From: an uncultured virus (IMG/VR IMGVR_UViG_3300049215_000190)
Taxonomy: Duplodnaviria > Heunggongvirae > Uroviricota > Caudoviricetes
Reading direction: 5' to 3' (one strand)
Virus record (IMG/VR): IMGVR_UViG_3300049215_000190
Length of the DNA stretch: 64,000 nt
Both the position numbers and the translations under genes were made by a program. The notes beneath the pieces were generated by a model that saw only the letters and a program-made list of their open reading frames with translations, was not told where the DNA came from and did not search any database. This document shows positions 36,845-45,200 of this stretch, piece after piece; positions within the stretch are counted from its first letter, which is position 1, and every line of letters starts with the position of its first letter.

Positions 36845-37290
36845 AAAACGGCGCAAAACCCGAAGAAATCCGTGAATGGCTTGAATGGGCCGGCAGCAAA
36901 CTGCTGTCGATGCGGATAAGGTCGCCCGCGCCAAGCGGAATGCGAAATTTTTGGCCAGATTATGGGGAAGATAAAAATGAAGCCTATGGTTACACGCGCG
37001 AAACAGTCCGACCCGCCGCAGTGGCCCCAAAAGAAGTCGCCGTGGTGGACGAAATACTGCTACTTCCGTCGCTTATTGAGGATGTTAAGACGCGCCGGAT
37101 TGTTCACAAGCGCTCGTTAGTCGCTCCAGTTAGTGGCCGATATGTTCATTCGTATAAAACCATAGCAGAACATGAGCATATTGACGCTCGCCTTGCTGCA
37201 CGTATCTATCGCGCTGGAATTGCCGAGATAGCCAAACGTATTACACGAAAACGGGCGCATGCTATTAGGCAATTTTTAGACGCAAGCTGA
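36838..37290 (+). CDS. DUF6362-like protein, possible late transcription regulator
   Basis: P..MRNFWPD, C-terminal HTH-like segment; TTG start inferred. Confidence 0.5.
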   Translation: MVENGAKPEEIREWLEWAGSKLLSMRIRSPAPSGMRNFWPDYGEDKNEAYGYTRETVRPAAVAPKEVAVVDEILLLPSLIEDVKTRRIVHKRSLVAPVSGRYVHSYKTIAEHEHIDARLAARIYRAGIAEIAKRITRKRAHAIRQFLDAS

Positions 37291-37298
37291 ACGTCCCA

Positions 37299-37328
37299 TT
37301 GACACGCGCGCGCGAGAGCCCCTAATTT
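37299..37328 (+). promoter_or_regulatory. possible sigma70-type promoter for terL
   Basis: TTGACA-N18-TAATTT in the intergenic region. Confidence 0.4.
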
Positions 37329-37387
37329 CACTCCATCATCAGACGCAACAATCTTTGGCGTCGGACCCCGCGCAATAGGAGCCTGCC

Positions 37388-38887
37388 ATCACCGAGTTTA
37401 ATCGGCCATACTTGTATCCTAAACAGTTGGATGCAATGTTTACGCCGAAGCGGTATTCGATAATCGAGGCGAGCACAAAATCGGGCAAAACAGTTTCCGC
37501 CATCGCTTGGATTGTTGAACAGGCGCTCATGGGCAAACCGGGGCAAAACTATTGGTGGGTAGCACCGGGGTATAATCAGGCCGAAATTGCCTACCGCCGC
37601 ATCAAGCAGGGTTTGACCAAAGGCTCGTTTGTGGCGTATGACTCGCCCACGCCACGGATACAAACCATGGCGCAAACCTACATTTGGTTTAAATCTGCCG
37701 ACAACTCTGACGCCCTATACGGCGAAGACGTTTACGCCGCTGTTATTGACGAAGCCAGCCGCGTTGCCCGAGACTCGTGGCACGCCGTGCGCTCGACGTT
37801 GACGGCTACTCGCGGTCCAGTGCGGATCATCGGCAACGTAAAAGGACGAAAAAATTGGTTCTTCGAGCTTGCAAGACGCGCAGAAGCCGGGCTATCGCCC
37901 AATATGCACTATGCGAAGATAACTGCCGATGACGCAGTTAAAGGCGGAGTTCTTGATGCCGAAGAAATCGAAGATGCTCGCCTCAACCTTCCTGAGTGGA
38001 TATTTCGAGAACTGTATTATGCCGAACCTGGTGATGACCTTGGGAACCCGTTTGGGCTCGACCACATCAGAGCTTGCACGGTGGATGGCCTTGCTACAGG
38101 TCCGGTCGTGGCTTGGGGAATTGACCTAGCTAAAAAGCAAGATTATTTCGTAACCATAGGGTTGAACGAAAGGGGCGAAGTCGCCGCGTTTCACCGTTGG
38201 CGGGGTTTGCCGTGGCGCAAAAGCATCCAAATGGTGCGAAAACTCGTAGGCGAAGACACGCCAGCTTTGGTTGACTCAACCGGCGTGGGTGATCCCGTGC
38301 TTGAGGAAATGCAAGTAGAACGGGGAAACTTCCACGGATATCATTTTACCAACGCAAGCAAGCAAAAGCTGATGGAAGGACTTGCCGTAAGCATTCAAAG
38401 CCACGAGATGAAGTTTCCGAAAGGGCATATTTCGTCCGAGCTTGAAATGTTTGAATACGCGGAAATAACCACTGGTGTGCGCTACGCAGCGGCCGAAGGT
38501 GCCCATGACGATTGCGTGTGTGCTTTGGCGCTTGCTCGGCAAATGTGGACCGAAGTTGCGCCGGGCGACAATGTTATGAAATACTACGCGGCAAATGCCG
38601 AAAAGGTTAAAAAGGCCGCAGAAAAGCTTCCGGAAGAAAACAACCGGCCTTGGCAAGACGAACCCACGTTGCAAGCTACATGGGACAATGAACTGCTGGA
38701 TTTGTATAACGACACGGTGAGCAAAACGCTGCCATCTGCGCGCAAGGTTTGCTGTGTTTGCGGCGAAGACGTTATAGGGCAAACAACCGTGACGGACGGG
38801 GAACTGTTTTGGCATCCGGCTTGTTGTGGGCTGACGGCGAAACCAAAGTTTCTACCTAAACAGGCGGATGATTATGTCACAACTTAG
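37388..38887 (+). CDS. terL: terminase large subunit
   Basis: STKSGKT Walker A, VIDEA, GIDLAK..DY, DSTGVGD, HDDCVCALALA; start is ATC 37388 or TTG 37412. Confidence 0.93.
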   Translation: MTEFNRPYLYPKQLDAMFTPKRYSIIEASTKSGKTVSAIAWIVEQALMGKPGQNYWWVAPGYNQAEIAYRRIKQGLTKGSFVAYDSPTPRIQTMAQTYIWFKSADNSDALYGEDVYAAVIDEASRVARDSWHAVRSTLTATRGPVRIIGNVKGRKNWFFELARRAEAGLSPNMHYAKITADDAVKGGVLDAEEIEDARLNLPEWIFRELYYAEPGDDLGNPFGLDHIRACTVDGLATGPVVAWGIDLAKKQDYFVTIGLNERGEVAAFHRWRGLPWRKSIQMVRKLVGEDTPALVDSTGVGDPVLEEMQVERGNFHGYHFTNASKQKLMEGLAVSIQSHEMKFPKGHISSELEMFEYAEITTGVRYAAAEGAHDDCVCALALARQMWTEVAPGDNVMKYYAANAEKVKKAAEKLPEENNRPWQDEPTLQATWDNELLDLYNDTVSKTLPSARKVCCVCGEDVIGQTTVTDGELFWHPACCGLTAKPKFLPKQADDYVTT

Positions 38888-39044
38888 CATAGAAAACCTT
38901 CAGCCAAGAGCCGTAATCGTTGTCGCTATGGTGGCAATGTTATACATGTTCGGTAAATTGTCTCTAAGTATTCCCGAAAGCTTTTACGCGGCAGAAAAGT
39001 TCGTGGATGAAGCTGAAAAGCGCTACGGAAAGATTGGCGCGTGA
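38874..39044 (+). CDS. small hypothetical protein (56 aa, not in the ORF track)
   Basis: Hand translation MSQLSIENLQ...RYGKIGA; fills the gap with overlapping junctions. Confidence 0.5.
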   Translation: MSQLSIENLQPRAVIVVAMVAMLYMFGKLSLSIPESFYAAEKFVDEAEKRYGKIGA

Positions 39045-39259
39045 AACTCGCCTGCCGTATTGCGGGTAAGCCTGGGCTAATTGTCGGCTATGCCGCCGGT
39101 GGCGCAAAGAAAAAGATCCACGCAATAGTTATCATCGAGGGCGCACTTCAATCTTTTCCCCTAAAAGAGGTTGAACTTTTGAATGTGCCCGATGACGTTG
39201 CCAAACCGGCCGAGACTGAGGTTGTTTCACTCAAGGCGAAGCGCCATGACCGTGCTTAA
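39041..39259 (+). CDS. hypothetical protein
   Basis: GTGA overlap with the upstream stop. Confidence 0.55.
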   Translation: MKLACRIAGKPGLIVGYAAGGAKKKIHAIVIIEGALQSFPLKEVELLNVPDDVAKPAETEVVSLKAKRHDRA

Positions 39260-39800
39260 CACTGATTTCACGAGTATTGTGAGCTTTCGGCAACTTGAAG
39301 CCATGTATGCCCTAGCAGAACGGTCGCCGCCGGGCGCATTTGCGGAAATCGGCGTCTATCAGGGCGGCAGTGCTGAGGTTCTGTATAAGCTTGCCTTGAA
39401 ACAAAACCGGGAAATCTATCTGTTCGACACTTTTACAGGAACGCCAAACAGTATTCCCGCGCTAGACAAGCACAAGGTTGATGCCGAGTTTGCCGCACCC
39501 GGCATTGAAAACAAAATTCGTAAACTTATGCCGTTGGCACATTTGCGAGTCGGCATATATCCATATACCCATCCGCAAGAAATGCCGGGGGTTGCTTTTC
39601 TCCACGTCGATTGTGACCAGTATTTGTCATACAAAGCCGTCATCCGCCGCATGTGGCCGCTCGTAGTGCCCGGCGGCGTCATGCTGTTTGACGACTATCC
39701 GTATCTCGATGGAGCTAAAAAGGCCGTGGAAGAACACTTCGACCCGAAAAACCTATTTAAATGCCATCAGCGCTTTTACGCGATTAAACCCGTTGGTTGA
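39246..39800 (+). CDS. TylF/MycF-family O-methyltransferase
   Basis: GAFAEIGVYQGGS, FDTF.G.P, LHVDCDQY.S, PGG...FDDY, GAKKAV. Confidence 0.85.
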   Translation: MTVLNTDFTSIVSFRQLEAMYALAERSPPGAFAEIGVYQGGSAEVLYKLALKQNREIYLFDTFTGTPNSIPALDKHKVDAEFAAPGIENKIRKLMPLAHLRVGIYPYTHPQEMPGVAFLHVDCDQYLSYKAVIRRMWPLVVPGGVMLFDDYPYLDGAKKAVEEHFDPKNLFKCHQRFYAIKPVG

Positions 39801-42321
39801 TTTTTCCAACGAGGATTTTTTAGAAGCACTACGGCAAGCGCAAGAGGGTCAACGTCCGCAGCGGCCAGGGACTTTCAATGAGTTCCGACAGGAAGAAATA
39901 TATAAAAGCCGAAATGGTGGCCGCCAAAGCTCGTTGAGCCAATACGGCCCCGGCTTTGGCCTCATGGGCCGTTTAAATACATCGTCCCGCGCACCTACGG
40001 GGCCAAAAAACCGCCCGTCAGGCAATCCAGGCGTGGGTTACAAATCTGGTGCCGATGCTTCGTGGTTCGGCAACAAAGAAACTATGCAATTTGGTGTGCC
40101 AACCGGGCCAAACCAGGGCAGGCCGAGCCAGTATGCCGGTGCCCGCTCAAACCAACCGCCGCCGTGGATTGACGATGTTGATTTGAGTTCCGTGTGGTAT
40201 AGTCCCATGGAACCCGTGTGGCCTTTTGGTCCCCCAAATTACACCGTGCCGAGGGAATGGAATTTCCCAGTCGGTTACAATTTGAATTACGTTCCCCAAC
40301 GGCTTGAATTAATGGGCATGTTGCGTGGAATGCGTCAATCGTGGGGTGTGCTTGCAACGGTAATTGAAAGCCGCAAAGATCAACTGTTGCGGCTTCCGTG
40401 GACCGTGCAAGTCAAAGGTAAGCCTAGGGCAAACTCTGCGGGCGTTGACGCGGTTAAGAAGTTCTTCAAGCGGCCCGACGGCAAGCTGACATATAGCCAA
40501 TGGACTCGGAAACTGCTTGACGATCTTTTCGTCATCGACGCGCCCACATTGTTTATGGACCGCGACATTGGTGGCAAACTTCGCCAAGCCCAAGTGCTCG
40601 ATGGCGGAACCATTTTTCCACTCATTGACGACGTGGGACGGCGGCCAGATACAGAATACCGTATGGGCGATGATGGAATAATTTACGAACATCGTCAACC
40701 GGCGTTCCAGCAAATCATTTATGGTTTGCCTATGGTTAACTTGTCCGAAGACGAGTTAATGTATGCCATGATGCGGCCAAGGCCTGAGTTGCCGATTTTC
40801 GGTTTCTCGCAGGTCGAGCAAATTATGACTGAAACAACGGAAGCAATCCGTAAGACGTTCTACCAGCTTGAGTTCTGGCGCTCGGGCTCAATGCCTGAAA
40901 TGATAATCACGGTGCCAGATCAGTGGACACCGAGGCAAATTGCGACGTTCCAAGGGCATTTTGACGCATTGCTTTCGGGTCAACTGTCGCTCAAGTCAAA
41001 AGTCCGGTTTGTTCCTGGCGGCATGAAACCGTTTGATATTAAAAACGCAAGTGGCGAAAGTCTCTGGTCGCAACGGGATGAGTTATTAGTCCGTTTGTGC
41101 TGCTATGCTTTCTCGGTTTCGCCCACGCCGTTTGTTCACCAAAGCAATCGTGCCACGGCAAACCAGTCGCAGGAAACGGCCGAAGAAGAAGGCTTGTTCC
41201 AATTTATGTCATACTGGAAAGATGACATAATGGATACGTTGATACAGGACAAGCTCGGGTTTGAAGATATTGAGTTTACGTTTCTGCCCAGGTCTGAGCC
41301 CGATCAAAGCAAACAAGCTACGATCCATCAGGTTCAGATTGACGAAGGAATACGGAGCCGGAACGACGTGCGGGGCGAGCTAGGTCTTGAGCCGATTGAC
41401 GGCGGCGATGTTATGACCGTGAAGATGGGCACGGCAGTAGTTCGGTTGGATCAGATCATTTCCGGCGAAGCCCTAATTCCCGGCATGGCCCCAAGCACAC
41501 CGAACGACGGAAGTAAAGACGACAAGCCGCCCACAAAAACCGGCCCGTCAGGTCATGCATCAAAACCCGTCAGCGGCTCCCCGAAAGTGCCAACGGCAAC
41601 AAACACAGGCAAAGAGCCAAGAAACCCGAGCCCGGTGCATAAGGCGCTGACGGCAGACGAACTTGACGCCGCGGCGGACGAAGCAGAGCGCAATCCGAAC
41701 TATGTTGAGCGGAAAATCGGCAACTATAAAAAGGGCCATATTTCGCTGCATGGGTTGTCAATCACTATTGAAAACGCCAAAGGCTCGTTGCGCGGCGAAA
41801 AGGATAAGAACGGAATAAGCAAGCCGATTAAAATGCCAGCGGCATATGGATATATCCGCGGCACAGTCGGCGCGGACAACATGCAGGTGGATTGTTACCT
41901 TGGCAAGCATCCCGAAAGCCTGAAGGTTTTTGTCATAGATCAGGACAAGTATAGCCCAGATGGCAAAGATGAAGGGTTTGATGAGCACAAGGTCATGCTG
42001 GGCTATAACAAGGCCAGCAAGGCTATAAAGGACTATTTGAAGTCACATTATGATGGCATGGGCAAAGATAGGCTGTCCGCTATTACTTTCATAACGTATG
42101 CCGACTTCAAAAAGTGGCTCAAAAAGGGCGACATGAAGCAGCCAATTTCCGAGCAAGGTTATGGCCAAGTTATCGGCCGGCGCGGAAAAGGTAACGGGGT
42201 AACAAAAGCCGACACCGTGAGTCAAAGCACGGGGCTTTTAAGTTACGATCAGCTTACAGCGAAGCCGAAGAAAAAGCGCAAGCTGAAAAGCGGCGCTAGA
42301 TGGATGTTTCTTGTAGCTTAA
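39793..42321 (+). CDS. portal protein with C-terminal inorganic-pyrophosphatase-like domain
   Basis: Portal motifs (FGFS.VE, GS.P, NRATA, RN.VR.ELGLEP); C-terminal GNYKKGH, ITIEN.KGS.R, YGYIRGT.GAD, DEHKVMLG. Confidence 0.85.
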   Translation: MVDFSNEDFLEALRQAQEGQRPQRPGTFNEFRQEEIYKSRNGGRQSSLSQYGPGFGLMGRLNTSSRAPTGPKNRPSGNPGVGYKSGADASWFGNKETMQFGVPTGPNQGRPSQYAGARSNQPPPWIDDVDLSSVWYSPMEPVWPFGPPNYTVPREWNFPVGYNLNYVPQRLELMGMLRGMRQSWGVLATVIESRKDQLLRLPWTVQVKGKPRANSAGVDAVKKFFKRPDGKLTYSQWTRKLLDDLFVIDAPTLFMDRDIGGKLRQAQVLDGGTIFPLIDDVGRRPDTEYRMGDDGIIYEHRQPAFQQIIYGLPMVNLSEDELMYAMMRPRPELPIFGFSQVEQIMTETTEAIRKTFYQLEFWRSGSMPEMIITVPDQWTPRQIATFQGHFDALLSGQLSLKSKVRFVPGGMKPFDIKNASGESLWSQRDELLVRLCCYAFSVSPTPFVHQSNRATANQSQETAEEEGLFQFMSYWKDDIMDTLIQDKLGFEDIEFTFLPRSEPDQSKQATIHQVQIDEGIRSRNDVRGELGLEPIDGGDVMTVKMGTAVVRLDQIISGEALIPGMAPSTPNDGSKDDKPPTKTGPSGHASKPVSGSPKVPTATNTGKEPRNPSPVHKALTADELDAAADEAERNPNYVERKIGNYKKGHISLHGLSITIENAKGSLRGEKDKNGISKPIKMPAAYGYIRGTVGADNMQVDCYLGKHPESLKVFVIDQDKYSPDGKDEGFDEHKVMLGYNKASKAIKDYLKSHYDGMGKDRLSAITFITYADFKKWLKKGDMKQPISEQGYGQVIGRRGKGNGVTKADTVSQSTGLLSYDQLTAKPKKKRKLKSGARWMFLVA

Positions 42322-42344
42322 ACACAATATTGGGAGCTAAAAGT

Positions 42345-43031
42345 ATGACTACGGTAAAACTTGCTGGTAATGGTTTCGGTGGTGTAATTCAGGGTGCCTA
42401 TGGAACCTATAATATTGCCTTAGACGGAAGCTTTACGGTTGATACCCGTGATGCACCGCCGCTGTTGCAGCAGGGTATGGCGTATGTCACGGTTTCGACT
42501 GAGCAATATACCACACCGTTGCCGCCCCCGGCTGCCGCTGTAGGCGCAATCGTCGCCAGCGTGGCGCTGTCAAATGGAACATTGACCATTGCCAGCAGCC
42601 CGAGTATTCCTCGCCCCGTTGCTGTGGTTGTTGGCACAGGAACTACTGCAATTACCGCAGGTAACGTCACCGTGACGTATGTCGGCAACGATGGCCAGAC
42701 CGACGTGGACGTGTTCTCTCTCGCATGTGCAGCAAGCTCGACAACCACGCAACTTCTTTCGCGCGGTGTCGATACAATTACCAGCGCCGTTGTCACCGGC
42801 CTTACCGGCGGCACAAGCCCGTTCATCCATCTGGACACGACCGCAGCGCTTTCGCTTCCCGTTGCACCTGGGGCGATTGATTTTGCCGTGCAACGGGAAT
42901 ATGATGGCGGCGCAACAGTAGCAGTCGGCACCGTGCTTAGCACACCAATCGGCTCGATTACGACGACCACCGCGCCGAATGGCACGCTGAACTACAGCTT
43001 CGTTTACGTGTTTACCGCACCAGCAAGCTAA
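42345..43031 (+). CDS. Thr-rich putative virion protein
   Basis: Composition and position in the head module. Confidence 0.6.
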   Translation: MTTVKLAGNGFGGVIQGAYGTYNIALDGSFTVDTRDAPPLLQQGMAYVTVSTEQYTTPLPPPAAAVGAIVASVALSNGTLTIASSPSIPRPVAVVVGTGTTAITAGNVTVTYVGNDGQTDVDVFSLACAASSTTTQLLSRGVDTITSAVVTGLTGGTSPFIHLDTTAALSLPVAPGAIDFAVQREYDGGATVAVGTVLSTPIGSITTTTAPNGTLNYSFVYVFTAPAS

Positions 43032-43069
43032 AAACATTCAAGGAACGCGAGGAACGCAGGGAACGCACT

Positions 43070-44464
43070 ATGCCTCAAGACGCGCAAGTTATTGTCAAGC
43101 TAACGCGGTGCCAAGAACTGAATACCACGGGGGCCAAGCTGTTTGCCGAAGGGCAGCTTGAACCCGCACGGTTACATTTTTTGGCAGCGCTTGCGCTTGA
43201 GCCCGATGATCCGCAAGTTTTGCAGAACCTCGGGGCTACTTTGCGTAACTTGAGGCATTATGCTGCGAGTGAAGTAGTGGCGAAACGAGCCGTAAAAGTA
43301 AGCGGCGGAAATATTTTCTGCCGGTCCAATTACGGCGCGTCGCTGTTGAGTATGAGAAAATATAAAGAGTCCGTGAAAGTTTTGGCCGAGGTAGCGGCCG
43401 AAGCCCCAGACAGTGCGCCGATTTTGCACAACTACGGTTTGGCGCTTTACATGAACAATAAGCGCCATGAGGCACTAGAGGCTTTTGAGCAAGCGATTGC
43501 TCAAGGCAATCCTGGGCCGCACGTTTTATCCGATCGAGCTTTGGCTTTGTTGTCTCTGGGCCGGATACAAGAAGGCTTAAACCTATATGAGTGCCGTTGG
43601 GGCATTTTAAAGAAAAGCCCGCTTTGGGACTTTAACATTCCCGAGTGGAAAGGCGAAAGCCTAGAAAACAAACGGATCCTGTTGCATCACGAACAAGGGT
43701 TCGGCGACAGTTTGATGCTTTGCCGCTTTGTGAACGACGTTCATGCCCGTGGGGGAATTGTTACCCTTGCTGTGCCGAACGAACTCACGCGGCTGTTTAA
43801 GTTTAACTTCGGCCTTATGATTGATGTGCGGTCAATGTATGATGAAAAATTGGCCGAAGAAAAGTTTGACTACCATAGTCCGTTGTTGGCAACTATGCTG
43901 CATCTCGGGTATGCAGAACCGCAAGATATTTGCACGAGTGCATATTTGGTTGCCCATGTGGGTTTGCCCGTGCTTGACCGTTTGCCTAAAACAAAATACA
44001 AGATTGGTATTTGCTGGGCATCGGGCGATCACGGGCCAAGCTTGACTGACCGCCGACGCGTGACGCAAGTTGTAGAATATCTTCGACTTTTGAACCTAGA
44101 CGGCGTTAGCGTAATTTCGCTACAAAAAGGCCCCGGGGTTGCCGAACTACAACAACACGGCCTTGAAGGGTTGATTAAAGACTTTAATCCGTATATCGAA
44201 GATTTTGCGGACACGGCGGCTGTGGTTTCGCAACTTGATTACGTGATTTCGGTTGATAGTGCCGTGGCACATCTAGCAGGCGCGCTAGGTGTTCCGTGTG
44301 CTATGCTTGGGCCTTATACGCACTGCTGGCGTTGGTGGCATGAGAAAGATGGTTGGCCGTGGTATAATGGCATGACTATTTTTACTCAAGCCGCCGACGG
44401 TTCGTGGACGGACGCGATTGATGATGCTATAAGTTTCGTGGCTAAAAAGTTGCATATAGACTAG
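43070..44464 (+). CDS. TPR-repeat GT-B glycosyltransferase (GT9-like)
   Basis: TPRs; YE.RW, W.GE.L..KRIL...EQGFGD, DFADTAA, VISVDSAVAHLAGALG. Confidence 0.88.
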   Translation: MPQDAQVIVKLTRCQELNTTGAKLFAEGQLEPARLHFLAALALEPDDPQVLQNLGATLRNLRHYAASEVVAKRAVKVSGGNIFCRSNYGASLLSMRKYKESVKVLAEVAAEAPDSAPILHNYGLALYMNNKRHEALEAFEQAIAQGNPGPHVLSDRALALLSLGRIQEGLNLYECRWGILKKSPLWDFNIPEWKGESLENKRILLHHEQGFGDSLMLCRFVNDVHARGGIVTLAVPNELTRLFKFNFGLMIDVRSMYDEKLAEEKFDYHSPLLATMLHLGYAEPQDICTSAYLVAHVGLPVLDRLPKTKYKIGICWASGDHGPSLTDRRRVTQVVEYLRLLNLDGVSVISLQKGPGVAELQQHGLEGLIKDFNPYIEDFADTAAVVSQLDYVISVDSAVAHLAGALGVPCAMLGPYTHCWRWWHEKDGWPWYNGMTIFTQAADGSWTDAIDDAISFVAKKLHID

Positions 44465-44467
44465 CGG

Positions 44468-44506
44468 AAGATATATGCACAAGGCAGACCCTTTCCCATA
44501 TCCCTA
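44468..44506. repeat. 39-bp dispersed palindrome, copy 8
   Basis: AAGATATAT GCAC AAGGC AGA CCCTT TCCC ATATCCCTA. Confidence 0.88.
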
Positions 44507-44522
44507 ACTTGGAGTAAAACAA

Positions 44523-44729
44523 ATGGCTTCGCAAACCAAAGTGGTGTCGGGCAACACCACGACTTATACTATCACGGATGTCGAGGGCAACAGTGTTGCC
44601 GTGGCCGTGTTGCAGTCCTATGGTGCAAGTTATACGACGACGTTCACATCAACCGGCGGCCTGCACGTTGACGGGCAGCGTCAGCTCGTCACGCTGTTGC
44701 AGCTTGTGTCTACGGGACTATTCCCATGA
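44523..44729 (+). CDS. hypothetical protein
   Basis: GGAG RBS. Confidence 0.65.
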   Translation: MASQTKVVSGNTTTYTITDVEGNSVAVAVLQSYGASYTTTFTSTGGLHVDGQRQLVTLLQLVSTGLFP

Positions 44730-44789
44730 TCGTTCGTCGCAAGCTAAAATAGTTTTACTATTTTGACTCGGTTATTGCGGGGATATAAG

Positions 44790-45200
44790 ATGTCAAGAAA
44801 GCTCCTATACGGTTTCGCCTTTGGGGCTTTCTTGGCCCTTGCCGGAAACGTAAAAGCCCAAGTTGCCCAGCCGATTTTGCCACAATCGGCCCCGCCGCAA
44901 ACTTGCATGGCAGGAACTGGGGCGTCGATTGTTTCTGTGGGAACTACTCCTATTACCATTTGTGCAGCAAGTCCAACAGGCAAACGGATTTGGTGGCGAA
45001 TTACAAACACGGGAAGTCAAACTCTATTTTGTTCCGATGACGGCACAACGCCTACCGCAACTTTCTGGAACTTTACTGTAGCGTCGTCCAGTTGGACCAT
45101 ATCGAGTTTCGATAATGTGTCGCCACTAAATCTTGTTTGTGTTACGGCAAGTAGTACGACAAGCATCACGGCAGATGCGGCACAAAATGGAGCGCCGTAA
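44790..45200 (+). CDS. exported hypothetical protein
   Basis: Signal peptide MSRKLLYGFAFGAFLALAGNVKA/Q; 4 Cys. Confidence 0.65.
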   Translation: MSRKLLYGFAFGAFLALAGNVKAQVAQPILPQSAPPQTCMAGTGASIVSVGTTPITICAASPTGKRIWWRITNTGSQTLFCSDDGTTPTATFWNFTVASSSWTISSFDNVSPLNLVCVTASSTTSITADAAQNGAP

